A DNA stretch of 64,000 nt, taken from the sequence record NZ_CP104760.1; one strand, given 5' to 3'. Each line of letters starts with the position of its first letter. The first letter of the stretch is position 1. Below, piece after piece: positions 38,242-48,266 of the stretch. The DNA comes from a plasmid. A model generated the notes under the pieces. It was not told the DNA's origin. It made no database searches and saw only the letters and a list, made by a program, of their open reading frames with translations. A program made the translations under genes and the position numbers.

Positions 38242-38850
38242 ATGAGCAAAAAAGAGAACACCCTCTCCATGCCGCTGCGGTTGCCTGCGCAGGCGGAGGG
38301 CGTAGTGGTCGCCCCGCTGTCCGAAAACAGCGTCGAGGTGGAGCTGCAGGGACGTCGCTGGCGCACGCAGCGCGCCGCCAGCTGCCTGCTGACGCCGGAG
38401 CCGGGAGACCGGGTGCTGCTGGCCAACCTTAACCATCAACTCTGGCTGCTGGCGGTGCTGGAGCGGGCGCAGCCCGAACAGACGGCGCAGCTCGGCTGCG
38501 GCAGCGATCTGCATCTCGCCTGCGGCGGCGCGCTCACGCTTAGCAGCCAGCAGTTCAGCCTGAAAGCCGCGCAGGGCGAGTGCGATATCGACAGCCTGCG
38601 CTATCGCGGCCAGTCGGTTTCCGCCTGGATCAGCGTCGGCCGCTTCTTCGGCAAACAGTGTGAAAGCGTCTGGGAGAGCCTCAGCCAGTTTAGCCAGCGG
38701 CTGCTGCGCAAAACCGCACAGTGCGAACAGGTTCGTGCAGGCCAGCTTGACGTCAAAACCGAAGAGTTCACCCGACTCCATTCGCGCAACACCCTGATCA
38801 GCAGCACGTCGCTGACCAAGGTCGACGCCAAACAGATTCACATGGGCTAA
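38242..38850 (+). CDS. DUF3540-like protein of the vgrG/DUF2169/PAAR-like module.
   Basis: About 200 aa, positioned between the pentapeptide-repeat genes and the DUF4150 gene, as in described VgrG1b-type modules. Assigned by context and size. Confidence 0.5.
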   Translation: MSKKENTLSMPLRLPAQAEGVVVAPLSENSVEVELQGRRWRTQRAASCLLTPEPGDRVLLANLNHQLWLLAVLERAQPEQTAQLGCGSDLHLACGGALTLSSQQFSLKAAQGECDIDSLRYRGQSVSAWISVGRFFGKQCESVWESLSQFSQRLLRKTAQCEQVRAGQLDVKTEEFTRLHSRNTLISSTSLTKVDAKQIHMG

Positions 38851-38863
38851 GGGAGAAGCGGAT

Positions 38864-39244
38864 ATGTTTGCCAATTGCCAACGCGGCGGCTGCGACCAGG
38901 CGGTCAGCGACGTCTGCAAAGCGCCTGCGCCGACGACCTTCGTCAATATCGCCAGCGGCAGCCTGGCGGTGCCTACGGCGCCGACCATCCTCTTCGCCGG
39001 CATGCCGGCCCATAACATGACCACGCTGATCCCCGTCAGTCAGGGAGATGAAGCGGGCGTGCTCGGCGGGGTGATCTCGAACGTGATCCTTGGCCCTTCG
39101 CGCCACCTGACCGGCTGCTCCACCTTACTGCTGCAGGGATCGCCCGCGACACGCATGGGCAGCACTACCCTGCAGAACCTGAACAACGCGCCAGGCGTCC
39201 GTCTGACGCCCAGCCAGACCACTATCGAACTGCTGGCGCGATAA
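38864..39244 (+). CDS. DUF4150 PAAR-like spike-sharpening protein with no C-terminal toxin domain (126 aa).
   Basis: Size and position match DUF4150 PAAR-like proteins. Gly/Ala/Thr-rich beta-rich sequence. Ends shortly after the domain. Confidence 0.6.
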   Translation: MFANCQRGGCDQAVSDVCKAPAPTTFVNIASGSLAVPTAPTILFAGMPAHNMTTLIPVSQGDEAGVLGGVISNVILGPSRHLTGCSTLLLQGSPATRMGSTTLQNLNNAPGVRLTPSQTTIELLAR

Positions 39245-39250
39245 CACTCT

Positions 39251-39754
39251 ATGGAAGCTCGGTTACCCCTTATGAAAAAGATGATATCTGGCGTGGTGAT
39301 TGCGTTAGCGCTCAGCGGCTGTAACGCGCCGCCGGTGAAATCTCAGGAGAAGCTGGAAACCAGCGTAGTGGACGGAACGACCCTGGTGCATCGCCACGAG
39401 ATCGGCGCGCCGAAAACCTTCACGCCGGTTTATCAGGCCTATCGCGCGCTCTATGCGGCGTCGGTGATGAGCACGCCGGGCTTCCAGGGAAAACGGGTCG
39501 GGACGCTTAAAAACGGCGAGCTTTACCAGGTACTGGGTCGGGTAGAAAACAACTGGCTGGCGATCTCCGACAGCCCGGAGCTGCAGCTGACCGGCTACGT
39601 CGAGTTTAAGGCGGGCGTGCCCTCAGCGCGCTATGACGCCACCGTAACCGGCGCGCCACCCGTATCGCGGCGCCCCGCCCGGCAGTGCATCGGCGTCGGC
39701 AACGGCGACAGCGCCTGCCGTAAAGGCCGTTCCGCCACCTGGATCATTCAATAG
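39251..39754 (+). CDS. Lipoprotein with a bacterial SH3-like domain. Alternative start at MKKMISG.
   Basis: Lipobox LALSGC. The NGELYQVLGRVENNWLAIS...GYVEFK region resembles SH3b. Confidence 0.5.
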   Translation: MEARLPLMKKMISGVVIALALSGCNAPPVKSQEKLETSVVDGTTLVHRHEIGAPKTFTPVYQAYRALYAASVMSTPGFQGKRVGTLKNGELYQVLGRVENNWLAISDSPELQLTGYVEFKAGVPSARYDATVTGAPPVSRRPARQCIGVGNGDSACRKGRSATWIIQ

Positions 39755-39763
39755 GAGCGCCTT

Positions 39764-40270
39764 ATGACCATGCGTTTTGCAGCGCTGCTTGCGCTGACCT
39801 GTGCGGGCGCGCTCGGCGGTTGCGCCTCCTCTCCCGCCGCGCCTGACGCGCCGGCGAAAGTGAACATCGCTTTTAGCTACCGTCCCGACGCCAACGGCGG
39901 CGCACCGCTCAAAATACGGCTCTTTATGCTGCGCGCATCGTCCGATTTCGCCTCGGCGGACTTTTACTCGCTGCAAAACCGCGCGTCGTCGCTGCTGGGC
40001 GAGAACCTGCTCGACAGCAACGTCTTCTTTCTGACGCGGCAGACGCCGCGCAGCGTCACGGCCAGCGTGCCGCCCGTCGGCACGCGCTATGTCGGCATCA
40101 TGGCGGAGTACCAGACCATCGACCGCAAAGTCTGGCGAAAACTGCTGACGCTGCCTGCGGCGCGGCCCCGCCCTTTTTATCGCGTCTGGCAGAGCGACGA
40201 AAACGAGCTGAAGGTCAGCGTCGTGGCGGGCAAAGAGGGACTGACGCTCAGTCAGAGCAGCAATGATTAA
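39764..40270 (+). CDS. tssJ: T6SS outer-membrane lipoprotein TssJ.
   Basis: Lipobox ALGGC, about 168 aa, immediately upstream of tssK-tssL-tssM. Confidence 0.7.
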   Translation: MTMRFAALLALTCAGALGGCASSPAAPDAPAKVNIAFSYRPDANGGAPLKIRLFMLRASSDFASADFYSLQNRASSLLGENLLDSNVFFLTRQTPRSVTASVPPVGTRYVGIMAEYQTIDRKVWRKLLTLPAARPRPFYRVWQSDENELKVSVVAGKEGLTLSQSSND

Positions 40271-40291
40271 CCAGAACGGCAGGAAGGCGAA

Positions 40292-41632
40292 ATGAACAGA
40301 GCGGATAAGGTGATCTGGACGGAAGGGATGTTTTTGCGCCCCCACCATTTTCAACAGGCGGAACGCTGGCTGGAAGGCTACAGCCGCAGCTGGGGGAAAC
40401 TGCAGTGTCCCTATCACTGGGGGTTTATGACGCTGAGCTTCGACCCGTCGCTGCTGCGCCAGGGAAAGCTGGCTATCGCCGAGGCGAGCGGCATGATGCC
40501 GGACGGCACTCCTTTTATCATCAGCGATGCGGAGAACGGCCCTGCGCCACTGGAGATTGGCGATAACCAGAGCGATATCCGGGTGGTGCTGGCGCTGCCG
40601 GAGCAACGCGACGGCCGCACCGAAGTGATCTTCGAGGCGTCGTCGGACTCGCTGGCGCGCTACGGCGCACGCGAAAGCGAAGTCGCCGATCTCAACAGCG
40701 CCGCCGTCGGCCGCGCCGCGGTGCAGTTCGGCACGCTGCGCCTGCGCCTGATGGCGGCCAGCGATCTCAACGCCGAATGGACCGCGCTCGGCGTCGCGCA
40801 CGTCAAAGGCAAAGATGCATCGCGCCACCTTCAGCTCGACAGCAGCTATATTCCGCCGCTGCTCAACGGCCACAGCTCGCCGGCGGTCGCCGCCTTTATC
40901 AACGATCTCGACGGCATTCTCAGCCAGCGCAGCGAACAGATGGCGCAACGCTTGCAGCAGGCCGGGCGCGGCGGCAACGCCGAAATGATCGATTTTATGC
41001 TGCTGGCGCTGATTAACCGCCATATCGGCCAGCTCAGCCACGCGCGCCGCCTGCCGCAGCTCCATCCAGAGCAGCTCTTTAGCGACTGGCTGCAGTTCGC
41101 CGCCGAGCTGGCGACCTGGTCGCCGACGCGCCGCCCGGAGGAGTTCCCGCGGTATGACCACGATAACCTCCAGCTCAGCTTTAGCCGCCTGATGTTGCAT
41201 CTGCGCCAGCGTCTGTCGCTGGTGATGGAGGAGAGCGCGCTGCAGCTGACGCTCACCGAGCGCTCACATGGACTCTATGTGGCGACGGTCTCCGACGCCA
41301 GCCTGCTGCGCGACTACGGCTTTGTGCTGGCGGTACGCGCCGATATGCCGAGCGAAACCCTGCTGACCCACTTCCCGGCGCAGATGAAGATCGCCCCGGT
41401 AAGCCGCATCCGCGATCTGGTGCAGCTTCAGCTGCCGGGCATTGCCCTGCGCGCCATGCCCGCCGCGCCGCGTCAGATCCCCTGGCACGCTGGCTACACC
41501 TATTTCGCGCTGGAACAGGGCGGCGATCTCTGGGCGCAGATGACGAAATCGGAAGCCTTCGCGCTTCACCTGGCGGGCGAATTCCCCGGCCTGAATTTGC
41601 AACTCTGGGCGCTGCGCAATGCGCACGACTGA
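40292..41632 (+). CDS. tssK: T6SS baseplate protein TssK.
   Basis: N-terminal KVIWTEGMFLRPHHFQQ signature. 446 aa. Confidence 0.85.
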   Translation: MNRADKVIWTEGMFLRPHHFQQAERWLEGYSRSWGKLQCPYHWGFMTLSFDPSLLRQGKLAIAEASGMMPDGTPFIISDAENGPAPLEIGDNQSDIRVVLALPEQRDGRTEVIFEASSDSLARYGARESEVADLNSAAVGRAAVQFGTLRLRLMAASDLNAEWTALGVAHVKGKDASRHLQLDSSYIPPLLNGHSSPAVAAFINDLDGILSQRSEQMAQRLQQAGRGGNAEMIDFMLLALINRHIGQLSHARRLPQLHPEQLFSDWLQFAAELATWSPTRRPEEFPRYDHDNLQLSFSRLMLHLRQRLSLVMEESALQLTLTERSHGLYVATVSDASLLRDYGFVLAVRADMPSETLLTHFPAQMKIAPVSRIRDLVQLQLPGIALRAMPAAPRQIPWHAGYTYFALEQGGDLWAQMTKSEAFALHLAGEFPGLNLQLWALRNAHD

Positions 41633-42875
41633 AGGAGGAACGGGACCCATGATGCAGTCACTCTCCCTCAACGGCTATCTTCCCGACGCCGCGCAGCCGG
41701 AGAATCCGCTGGTGGCACTGGCCAACCCGCTGATCAACGCCATTCCGCAAATCCGCCATTCGGTATCGCACCAGAATCCGGACGGCCTGCGCCAGCAGCT
41801 GATCGACCTGATGCGTCGCTTCGAAGTGAAGTGTCAGCAGGCGCAGCTTCCCTACGAAACCATCGTCGGCGCGCGCTACTGCCTCTGCACCTCGCTCGAT
41901 GAAGCGGCGGCGCTGACGCCCTGGGGCAGCCGCAGCGTCTGGCCGCGCAGCGGACTGCTGGTGACCTTCCATAACGAAACCTGGGGCGGCGAGAAGTTTT
42001 TCCAGCTTCTGGCGCGTCTCTCTCAGCAGCCGCAGCAAAACATTCTGCTGCTGGAGCTGATGAACGCCTGCCTGCTGCTGGGCTTCGAGGGACGCTACCG
42101 CATTATGGAGAACGGACGCACCCAGCTTGAGACGCTGAAGCAGCGGCTGCTGCAGCTGATTGAGAACGTGCGCGGCGGTTATGCCCCGCCGCTTTCGCCG
42201 CAGCCGTTCGACGAACCGGTGGCGCAGCGGCTGTGGCGACCGCTGGTTCCGCTCTGGAGCTTCGCCGCCCTGCTGGCGCTGCTCGGCTGCCTGATCTACA
42301 TCGGCCTCAACTGGCGGCTCAGCCACTTCACCTCGCCGGTGCTGTCGGCGCTCTACCAGACGACGCTGCCGAAAGTAGAGATTGCGCGCCCCGCCGCGCC
42401 GCCTGCGCCGCCGCTCGATCTGAGCCGTTTCCTCGCGCGGGAAATCGCCGAGGGGCTGGTCAGCGTGCGCGACGAAGCGACGCAGAGCGTGGTGCTGTTG
42501 CGCGGCGACGGGCTGTTTGACTCCGCCGCCACCACCATTCACGGGCGTTATGAGCCGGTGATCCTGCGTATCGCCGAGGCGATGAATAACGTCAACGGCC
42601 AGATCCTGGTCAGCGGCTATACCGATGACCGGCCGATCCACAGCGCCCGCTTCAGCTCCAACTTTGAGCTGGCGCTGGCCCGCGCGCAGGCGGTGCAGAA
42701 GATGCTGCAGGCGCACCTGAGCCAGCCGGATCGCGTCAGCGCAGAGGGCCGCGGCGACAGCGACCCGCTGGTGCCGAACAGCAGTGACGCCAACCGCGCC
42801 CGTAACCGCCGGGTGGAGATCACGCTGAAGGTCGCGCCTAAAGAGACCCAGGCCGAACTGAACAGCCTGCGCTGA
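41619..42875 (+). CDS. tssL: T6SS membrane protein TssL (DotU family) with a C-terminal OmpA-like peptidoglycan-binding extension. Start may be the MMQ at 41649.
   Basis: DotU core (YCLCTSLDEAA...WGGEKFF). C-terminal OmpA motif (NRARNRRVEITL). Confidence 0.85.
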   Translation: MRTTEGGTGPMMQSLSLNGYLPDAAQPENPLVALANPLINAIPQIRHSVSHQNPDGLRQQLIDLMRRFEVKCQQAQLPYETIVGARYCLCTSLDEAAALTPWGSRSVWPRSGLLVTFHNETWGGEKFFQLLARLSQQPQQNILLLELMNACLLLGFEGRYRIMENGRTQLETLKQRLLQLIENVRGGYAPPLSPQPFDEPVAQRLWRPLVPLWSFAALLALLGCLIYIGLNWRLSHFTSPVLSALYQTTLPKVEIARPAAPPAPPLDLSRFLAREIAEGLVSVRDEATQSVVLLRGDGLFDSAATTIHGRYEPVILRIAEAMNNVNGQILVSGYTDDRPIHSARFSSNFELALARAQAVQKMLQAHLSQPDRVSAEGRGDSDPLVPNSSDANRARNRRVEITLKVAPKETQAELNSLR

Positions 42876-42883
42876 GGACCCCT

Positions 42884-45800
42884 ATGTTTCGCACACTGCT
42901 CTTAATTGTATCCAGCCGCCTGCTGTGGGGCGCAATGGGCATCACCGCGCTGTGCCTGCTGATCTGGACCATCGGCCCGCTGATCGCCATTGGCGATATG
43001 CGTCCGCTGGAATCAGAAGAGAATCGCTTTAGCGCTATCGCGCTTTTCTGGCTGCTGTGGTTCGCCTTTCGTCTGGTGCCGCGCCTGTGGCGACGCCTGC
43101 AAAACCGTCGCCTGGTGCGTCGGCTGGAGACCCCCGCGCCAGCGGAGGCGCCGCCGGAGACGCGCGCGGAAGAGACGCAGCTCGCCGCGCGTTTCAACGA
43201 AGCGACGCAGCTGCTGCGCCACGCCCGCTTCAACCGGGCGGAAAACCGCCGTCTGCCCGCGTGGCTGCAGCGCTTTAATCGCCAGTATCTCTATCAGCTG
43301 CCGTGGTACATGCTGATCGGCGCGCCGGGCGCAGGCAAAACCACCGCGCTGATCAACTCCGGGCTCCATTTCCCGCTGGCCGACCGCTTTGGCAAGAATG
43401 CGCTGCGCGGCGTCGGCGGCACGCGCAACTGCGACTGGTGGTTCACCGACGAGGCGATCCTGCTTGATACCGCAGGCCGCTACACTACGCAGGAGAGCGA
43501 CAGAGAGCAGGACGCCAGCGAGTGGAAAAGCTTTATGAGCCTGCTGAAGCGCTCCCGCCCGCGCCAGCCGATCAACGGCGCTATCGTCACCATCAGCATC
43601 GGCGATCTGCTTACCGAGGATGAAACGGCGCGGCACGCGCAGGCCAGCGCCCTGCGCCAGCGTCTGCTTGAGCTGCGCGAACAGCTTGGCATCCCCTTTC
43701 CTGTCTATCTGCTGGTGACCAAAAGCGACCTGCTTAAAGGTTTCGCGCCGACTTTCGCGGGCTTTAGCAAGGCGCAGCGCGATCAGGTCTGGGGCGTCAC
43801 CTGGCCGTGGCGGCAGAAACAGCCCGATCTCGGCGCCGAGTTCGACTACCAGTTCGAACGGCTGCACAGCCGTCTGCTGGCGGGCGTCTCCGATTTGATG
43901 ATCGCCGAGCACAACAGCGCCAGGCGCGCCGAGATCTATCTTTTCCCACAGGAGTTCGCCGCGCTGAAGCCGTTGCTCCGGCACTACCTGGAAATCCTGT
44001 TCGCCTCCTCGCACTATGAGGAGACGCTGCGGCCGCGCGGGATCTACTTCACCAGCGGCACGCAGGAAGGGCTGCCGTTTGACCGCGTGATGGGTCAGAT
44101 GAACCGCGCGCTGGGGCTGCCCGACATCGACGCCCGCGCCGCCGCTGCGTCCCAGGACGATTTCAGCCACGCGACGCCGGTTCCAGCCGGACACGGCCAG
44201 AGTTTCTTTCTGCAGCAGGTGCTGCAGTCGGTAATCTTTAAAGAGGCGGGCCTGGCGGGCGTCAACCGCTGGTGGGAGTACCGCAATCGCATGGCGCACT
44301 GGATCGGCTACGGCCTGTTCGGCAGCGTACTGCTGATCGCTCTGCTGTGGTGGCTGACCAGCTATCACCACAATAAAAATTATCTCGCCGCCACGCTGGC
44401 GAAGATCCCGGCTTTCGAGCGCCAGGGTGCCGCGCTGCCGCCGCTCAACAGCGCCGATATGTTCGCCCTGCTGCCCTATCTACGCAGCCTGACGGCGATA
44501 CCGCGCTCGCCGCAGCTCGCCGATCCCAATAGCCCGCCCGTCGGCTGGCGCGCTGGACTCTACCGCGGCGAGGAGGTCAACAGCGCGGCCGCCTCCCTTT
44601 ACGACCGCGCCCTGCAGGAGCTGCTGCTGCCGCTGGCGGCGCGCAATATCACCGACTGGCTGCGCAACGACAACGGCAGCGACGTCGATTACAGCTATGA
44701 AGCCCTGAAGGCCTATCAGATGCTCTATATGCCGCAGCACTACGACGGCCAGTTCCTGCACGCCTGGATAATGCTCAATATCCAGCGCTTTCAGGGAGCC
44801 AACGCCCCACAGGAGGCGCTGCGCGAGCTTGATCAGCATCTGGGCCGCCTGTTTGACAACAGGATCAATACTTCGCCCTTCGAGCGCGACGACGCGCTGG
44901 TGGTGCGCCAGCAAAATCTGATTAACCGCTCGCCGCTCGCCAGCCGCGTCTACGGTCGGCTCAAACGGCTGCTGGCGGCGCAGGGCGACAAAGGGGTCAG
45001 CCTGCTGACGCTCGGCGGCCCGCAGAGCGAGCTGGTCTTCTCCCGCAAAAGCGGCGCGCCGCTAACGCAGCCGATTCCGTCGCTCTTTACGCCGCAGGGC
45101 TACTGGGGCGCGTTCAGCGACCATATCGGCAAGGTCGCCTCTGGCCTGCAGCAGGAAGATAAGTGGGTGCTGAGCCGCCGCGAAAGCGACAGCGGTCAGC
45201 AGCGGCTGGAGGATTCTGTCCGCCGCCTCTATATGGAGGACTTTATTGCGCACTGGGATGCGTTGCTGAGCGATATCCAGCTTAATCCGGCCTCCAGCCT
45301 GGAGGCGCGCATCAATATGGCGCGTCTGCTGTCGGGGCGCACCTCGCCGCTGCGCCAGCTGCGCATTAACCTCAGCCGTTACCTGACGCTGGCGAAGCCG
45401 GAAAAAGATGAGAAGCCGTCGCTGGCGGAGCGCGGCGCGCACTACTTCAACAACAACGCCACCCAGACGCTGCAGGCGTTGTTCCGCGCCCGCAAAGCGG
45501 AGCAGCGCGGCAGCCTCGACGCCCCTGAGCAGCGCGTCATGGCGCGCTACGACGCCATTATCGAGCAGGCGCAGGCGACTGACGGACAGAGTGACCATAT
45601 CCCGTTCGACGAGCAGCTGAAGAATGTCGACGATCTCTACGGCTATCTCACGGCGGTGCAGGACGCCAGCAACAGCATGATGACGCCGCCGCGCAATGAA
45701 ATTATCTCCCGCATGCAGGCTGACGCAGGCCGCGAGCCTGAGCCCTTTCGCTCAATGCTGCTCTCGCTGGCGGTGGGTGCCAGCAGCGATACGCAGCAGC

Positions 45801-46498
45801 GCAGCCTGAACAACACCCAGAAACGCGCCAGCGTTGAGGTGGGCAGCTTCTGCCGTCAGGCGATCGCCGGACGCTATCCGCTCTCCAGCCGCTCCGGCGT
45901 CGACATCACCCCCGACGATATGGCGCGCATGTTCGCCCCCGGCAGCGGGCTGATGGACAGCTTTTTCCGCGCCAGCCTCGCCAGCAACGTCGACACCACC
46001 CAGAGCCGCTGGCGCTTTGCGCCGGGCGTCGACGGCAAAAGCCTGCCGGGCGGCGCCGCGCTGCTGGAGCCTTTCCAGCAGGCGCAGGCGATACGCGACG
46101 CGCTCTTTGCCAATGGCGCCAGCGCGCCCTCTTACCGCCTGACCATCCGGCCCCTGAGCATGGATAACGCCATCCTTAACCTGACGCTCGACGTCGATGG
46201 CCAGCTGATCCGCTACAGCCACGGCCCGCAGACCCCGCAGGTGGTGAGCTGGCCCGGCCCCGGCGGCACGCAGCAGGTACGGATGCAGACCGGCTTAACC
46301 GACGGCTCCGGCGACACGCTCACTACCTCGGGCGCCTGGGCGCTTAACCGCCTGTTTGATAAAGCGCGCATCGCAAACGGCGGCAGCCCGTTAAGCCATA
46401 TCGCCACCTTCAGCCTCGGCGGCCGCCAGGTGGTGCTGGAATACACCGCTAACAGCGTGCGCAATCCGCTGCAGCTCCCGGCCTTTCGCTGCCCATGA
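42884..46498 (+). CDS. tssM: T6SS membrane complex ATPase TssM (IcmF).
   Basis: 1204 aa, N-terminal TMs, Walker A GAPGAGKTTALINSG. Confidence 0.9.
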   Translation: MFRTLLLIVSSRLLWGAMGITALCLLIWTIGPLIAIGDMRPLESEENRFSAIALFWLLWFAFRLVPRLWRRLQNRRLVRRLETPAPAEAPPETRAEETQLAARFNEATQLLRHARFNRAENRRLPAWLQRFNRQYLYQLPWYMLIGAPGAGKTTALINSGLHFPLADRFGKNALRGVGGTRNCDWWFTDEAILLDTAGRYTTQESDREQDASEWKSFMSLLKRSRPRQPINGAIVTISIGDLLTEDETARHAQASALRQRLLELREQLGIPFPVYLLVTKSDLLKGFAPTFAGFSKAQRDQVWGVTWPWRQKQPDLGAEFDYQFERLHSRLLAGVSDLMIAEHNSARRAEIYLFPQEFAALKPLLRHYLEILFASSHYEETLRPRGIYFTSGTQEGLPFDRVMGQMNRALGLPDIDARAAAASQDDFSHATPVPAGHGQSFFLQQVLQSVIFKEAGLAGVNRWWEYRNRMAHWIGYGLFGSVLLIALLWWLTSYHHNKNYLAATLAKIPAFERQGAALPPLNSADMFALLPYLRSLTAIPRSPQLADPNSPPVGWRAGLYRGEEVNSAAASLYDRALQELLLPLAARNITDWLRNDNGSDVDYSYEALKAYQMLYMPQHYDGQFLHAWIMLNIQRFQGANAPQEALRELDQHLGRLFDNRINTSPFERDDALVVRQQNLINRSPLASRVYGRLKRLLAAQGDKGVSLLTLGGPQSELVFSRKSGAPLTQPIPSLFTPQGYWGAFSDHIGKVASGLQQEDKWVLSRRESDSGQQRLEDSVRRLYMEDFIAHWDALLSDIQLNPASSLEARINMARLLSGRTSPLRQLRINLSRYLTLAKPEKDEKPSLAERGAHYFNNNATQTLQALFRARKAEQRGSLDAPEQRVMARYDAIIEQAQATDGQSDHIPFDEQLKNVDDLYGYLTAVQDASNSMMTPPRNEIISRMQADAGREPEPFRSMLLSLAVGASSDTQQRSLNNTQKRASVEVGSFCRQAIAGRYPLSSRSGVDITPDDMARMFAPGSGLMDSFFRASLASNVDTTQSRWRFAPGVDGKSLPGGAALLEPFQQAQAIRDALFANGASAPSYRLTIRPLSMDNAILNLTLDVDGQLIRYSHGPQTPQVVSWPGPGGTQQVRMQTGLTDGSGDTLTTSGAWALNRLFDKARIANGGSPLSHIATFSLGGRQVVLEYTANSVRNPLQLPAFRCP

Positions 46499-47226
46499 AA
46501 CAGGAGAACCCCGCAATGCGCCCCTCTTCTCCTCCAGGCTGGTACGGCAAGCTGCCCGGCAGCGGTGACTTTATGCGCCGCAGGCTGCCGGAGAATGTCG
46601 TCAGCCGCTGGTCGCACTGGTTCAGCAGCGGCATGCAGCGCATCGGCGCGCAGGCTGAGCCGCAGCTGCAGCGCGCGCCGGTATGGAACTTTGTCGTGCC
46701 CGCCTCGCTTGGCGCGCCCTGGGTGCAGATGGGATGCCTGCTGCCCGCCAGAGATCGCGTCGGACGGCAGTACCCCATCTGCGCCATGCAGCTCTGCGCC
46801 CCTGAGGCGTGGCATCCGCTGCGGCTGAAGCTGGCGGGCGACTGGTACTACCGGCTCGGCAAAACCCTGAGTCAGGCGGTGCATAACCGCTACTCCGGCG
46901 ACCAGCTCGACGCCGCGCTGCTGGCGCTTGATGCCCCGGCGATGCCGCCGGGAACGCCGCGCTCCGACGTGCTCGACATCATCGGCTACGACGACGCGCC
47001 CGACACCCTGAACTGGCCGAAGCTGGCGTCCTTTTTCGATCCTGAACAGTACAGCAGCTTCTGGTGGAGCAATCAGAGCGACGGCAGCGCCTTCTACACC
47101 CATTCGCACAGCGGCAACTTTACCTCGCAGCTCTTTTTCCGCCTGTTCGATCCGCTTTCGTCACATCAGGGGCTGCATACGCCGATGTTCGGCAAACACC
47201 TACAAGGGAGAGGCGATGAATCCTGA
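46495..47226 (+). CDS. tagF: T6SS-associated protein TagF (DUF2094).
   Basis: N-terminal GWYGKLPGSGDF signature. Confidence 0.75.
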   Translation: MKQENPAMRPSSPPGWYGKLPGSGDFMRRRLPENVVSRWSHWFSSGMQRIGAQAEPQLQRAPVWNFVVPASLGAPWVQMGCLLPARDRVGRQYPICAMQLCAPEAWHPLRLKLAGDWYYRLGKTLSQAVHNRYSGDQLDAALLALDAPAMPPGTPRSDVLDIIGYDDAPDTLNWPKLASFFDPEQYSSFWWSNQSDGSAFYTHSHSGNFTSQLFFRLFDPLSSHQGLHTPMFGKHLQGRGDES

Positions 47227-48226
47227 ATCACTGCTAAGCCCGCTGCGCGACGACGCGCCCTGCGGCGATAACCTGGAGTATGACGCGCAGTTTATGGCGC
47301 TGGAGCAGGCGTGCGTCGGCAAGTCTGAACAGCAGTTCGGCAGTACCATTATTCCGGCGGAAGCGCCCGACTGGCAGGCGGTGGAGAAGGCGGCGCTGGC
47401 GCTGCACGCCCGCACGCGCGACGTGCGGGTGATGCTGATCCTGACCGAAGCCTGGACTCACATTCGCGGGCTGGAAGGGTTTGCCCAGGGCGTCACGCTG
47501 CTGACGCAGGCGCTTGAGCGCTACTGGCTCAGTCTCTATCCGCCGCTGGAGTATGACGGCGAGCCGGACCCGCTGCTGCGTATCAACGCGCTCTCGGCGC
47601 TGAGCGGCCATTCGAACCTGATTAACGCGCTGCGCCAGTGCTGGCTGATCAAAAGCAGCACCGGCGAGATCGCCCTGCGGGACGCGGTCGCGCTGGCGGA
47701 CGGCAGTAAAAGCGACATCCCCGACTTTCCCGGCGGGCTTGCCCGCCTGCGCGACGAGTTCGCCGCGCCTGACCATCCCGGCGTCGGCGCGCTGCAAACC
47801 CTCGCGCAGCAGTTGCCGCTGCTGCGCGACACCCTGACGCTGCATCTCTCGCCGGGCGATCTCCCCGACCTCAGCGTCGTGGAGAAGATAGTGGCGCTGC
47901 TGCTGCCGCTCTGTCCGGCGCGGCCCGTCGCGGCGGTGGAGGCCGTGGAGGAGGCAGGCGACGACGAGATCGCCGCCGCAGGCCAGCAGACCGCTCCCGC
48001 GCAGATTGCCTGGCATCAGGCGGCGCTGCATTCGCGCGCCGACGTTGAGCTGATGCTGGAGAAGATCAAAACCTACTTTCACCAGCATGAACCCAGCCAC
48101 CCTGCGCCCATCATGCTTGAGCGCGTGCAGCGGCTGATCCAGATGGATTTTATGAACATCATTCGCGATTTGGCGCCCGAGGCGGTCAGCCAGCTGAATG
48201 GCGTATTCGGCCAACCCGGGCAATGA
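47216..48226 (+). CDS. tssA: T6SS protein TssA (ImpA N-terminal domain).
   Basis: LSPLRDDAPCGDNLEYDAQFMALEQA, an ImpA_N motif. Confidence 0.75.
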   Translation: MNPESLLSPLRDDAPCGDNLEYDAQFMALEQACVGKSEQQFGSTIIPAEAPDWQAVEKAALALHARTRDVRVMLILTEAWTHIRGLEGFAQGVTLLTQALERYWLSLYPPLEYDGEPDPLLRINALSALSGHSNLINALRQCWLIKSSTGEIALRDAVALADGSKSDIPDFPGGLARLRDEFAAPDHPGVGALQTLAQQLPLLRDTLTLHLSPGDLPDLSVVEKIVALLLPLCPARPVAAVEAVEEAGDDEIAAAGQQTAPAQIAWHQAALHSRADVELMLEKIKTYFHQHEPSHPAPIMLERVQRLIQMDFMNIIRDLAPEAVSQLNGVFGQPGQ

Positions 48227-48266
48227 GTTAGCGCTGCCCACCCCTGACGATTAACGGAGAAAAACG

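Noticed and set aside
38033-38245. 70-aa plus-strand ORF ending at the DUF3540 start
   Set aside because: No RBS, and its composition shifts with the GC gradient. Likely a 5'UTR rather than a gene.
39623-41200. 525-aa minus-strand ORF, and similar long antisense ORFs across the T6SS (for example 43013-44371 and 50828-52588)
   Set aside because: Arg/Ala-rich translations opposite well-supported T6SS genes. These are typical stop-poor antisense frames of high-GC DNA.
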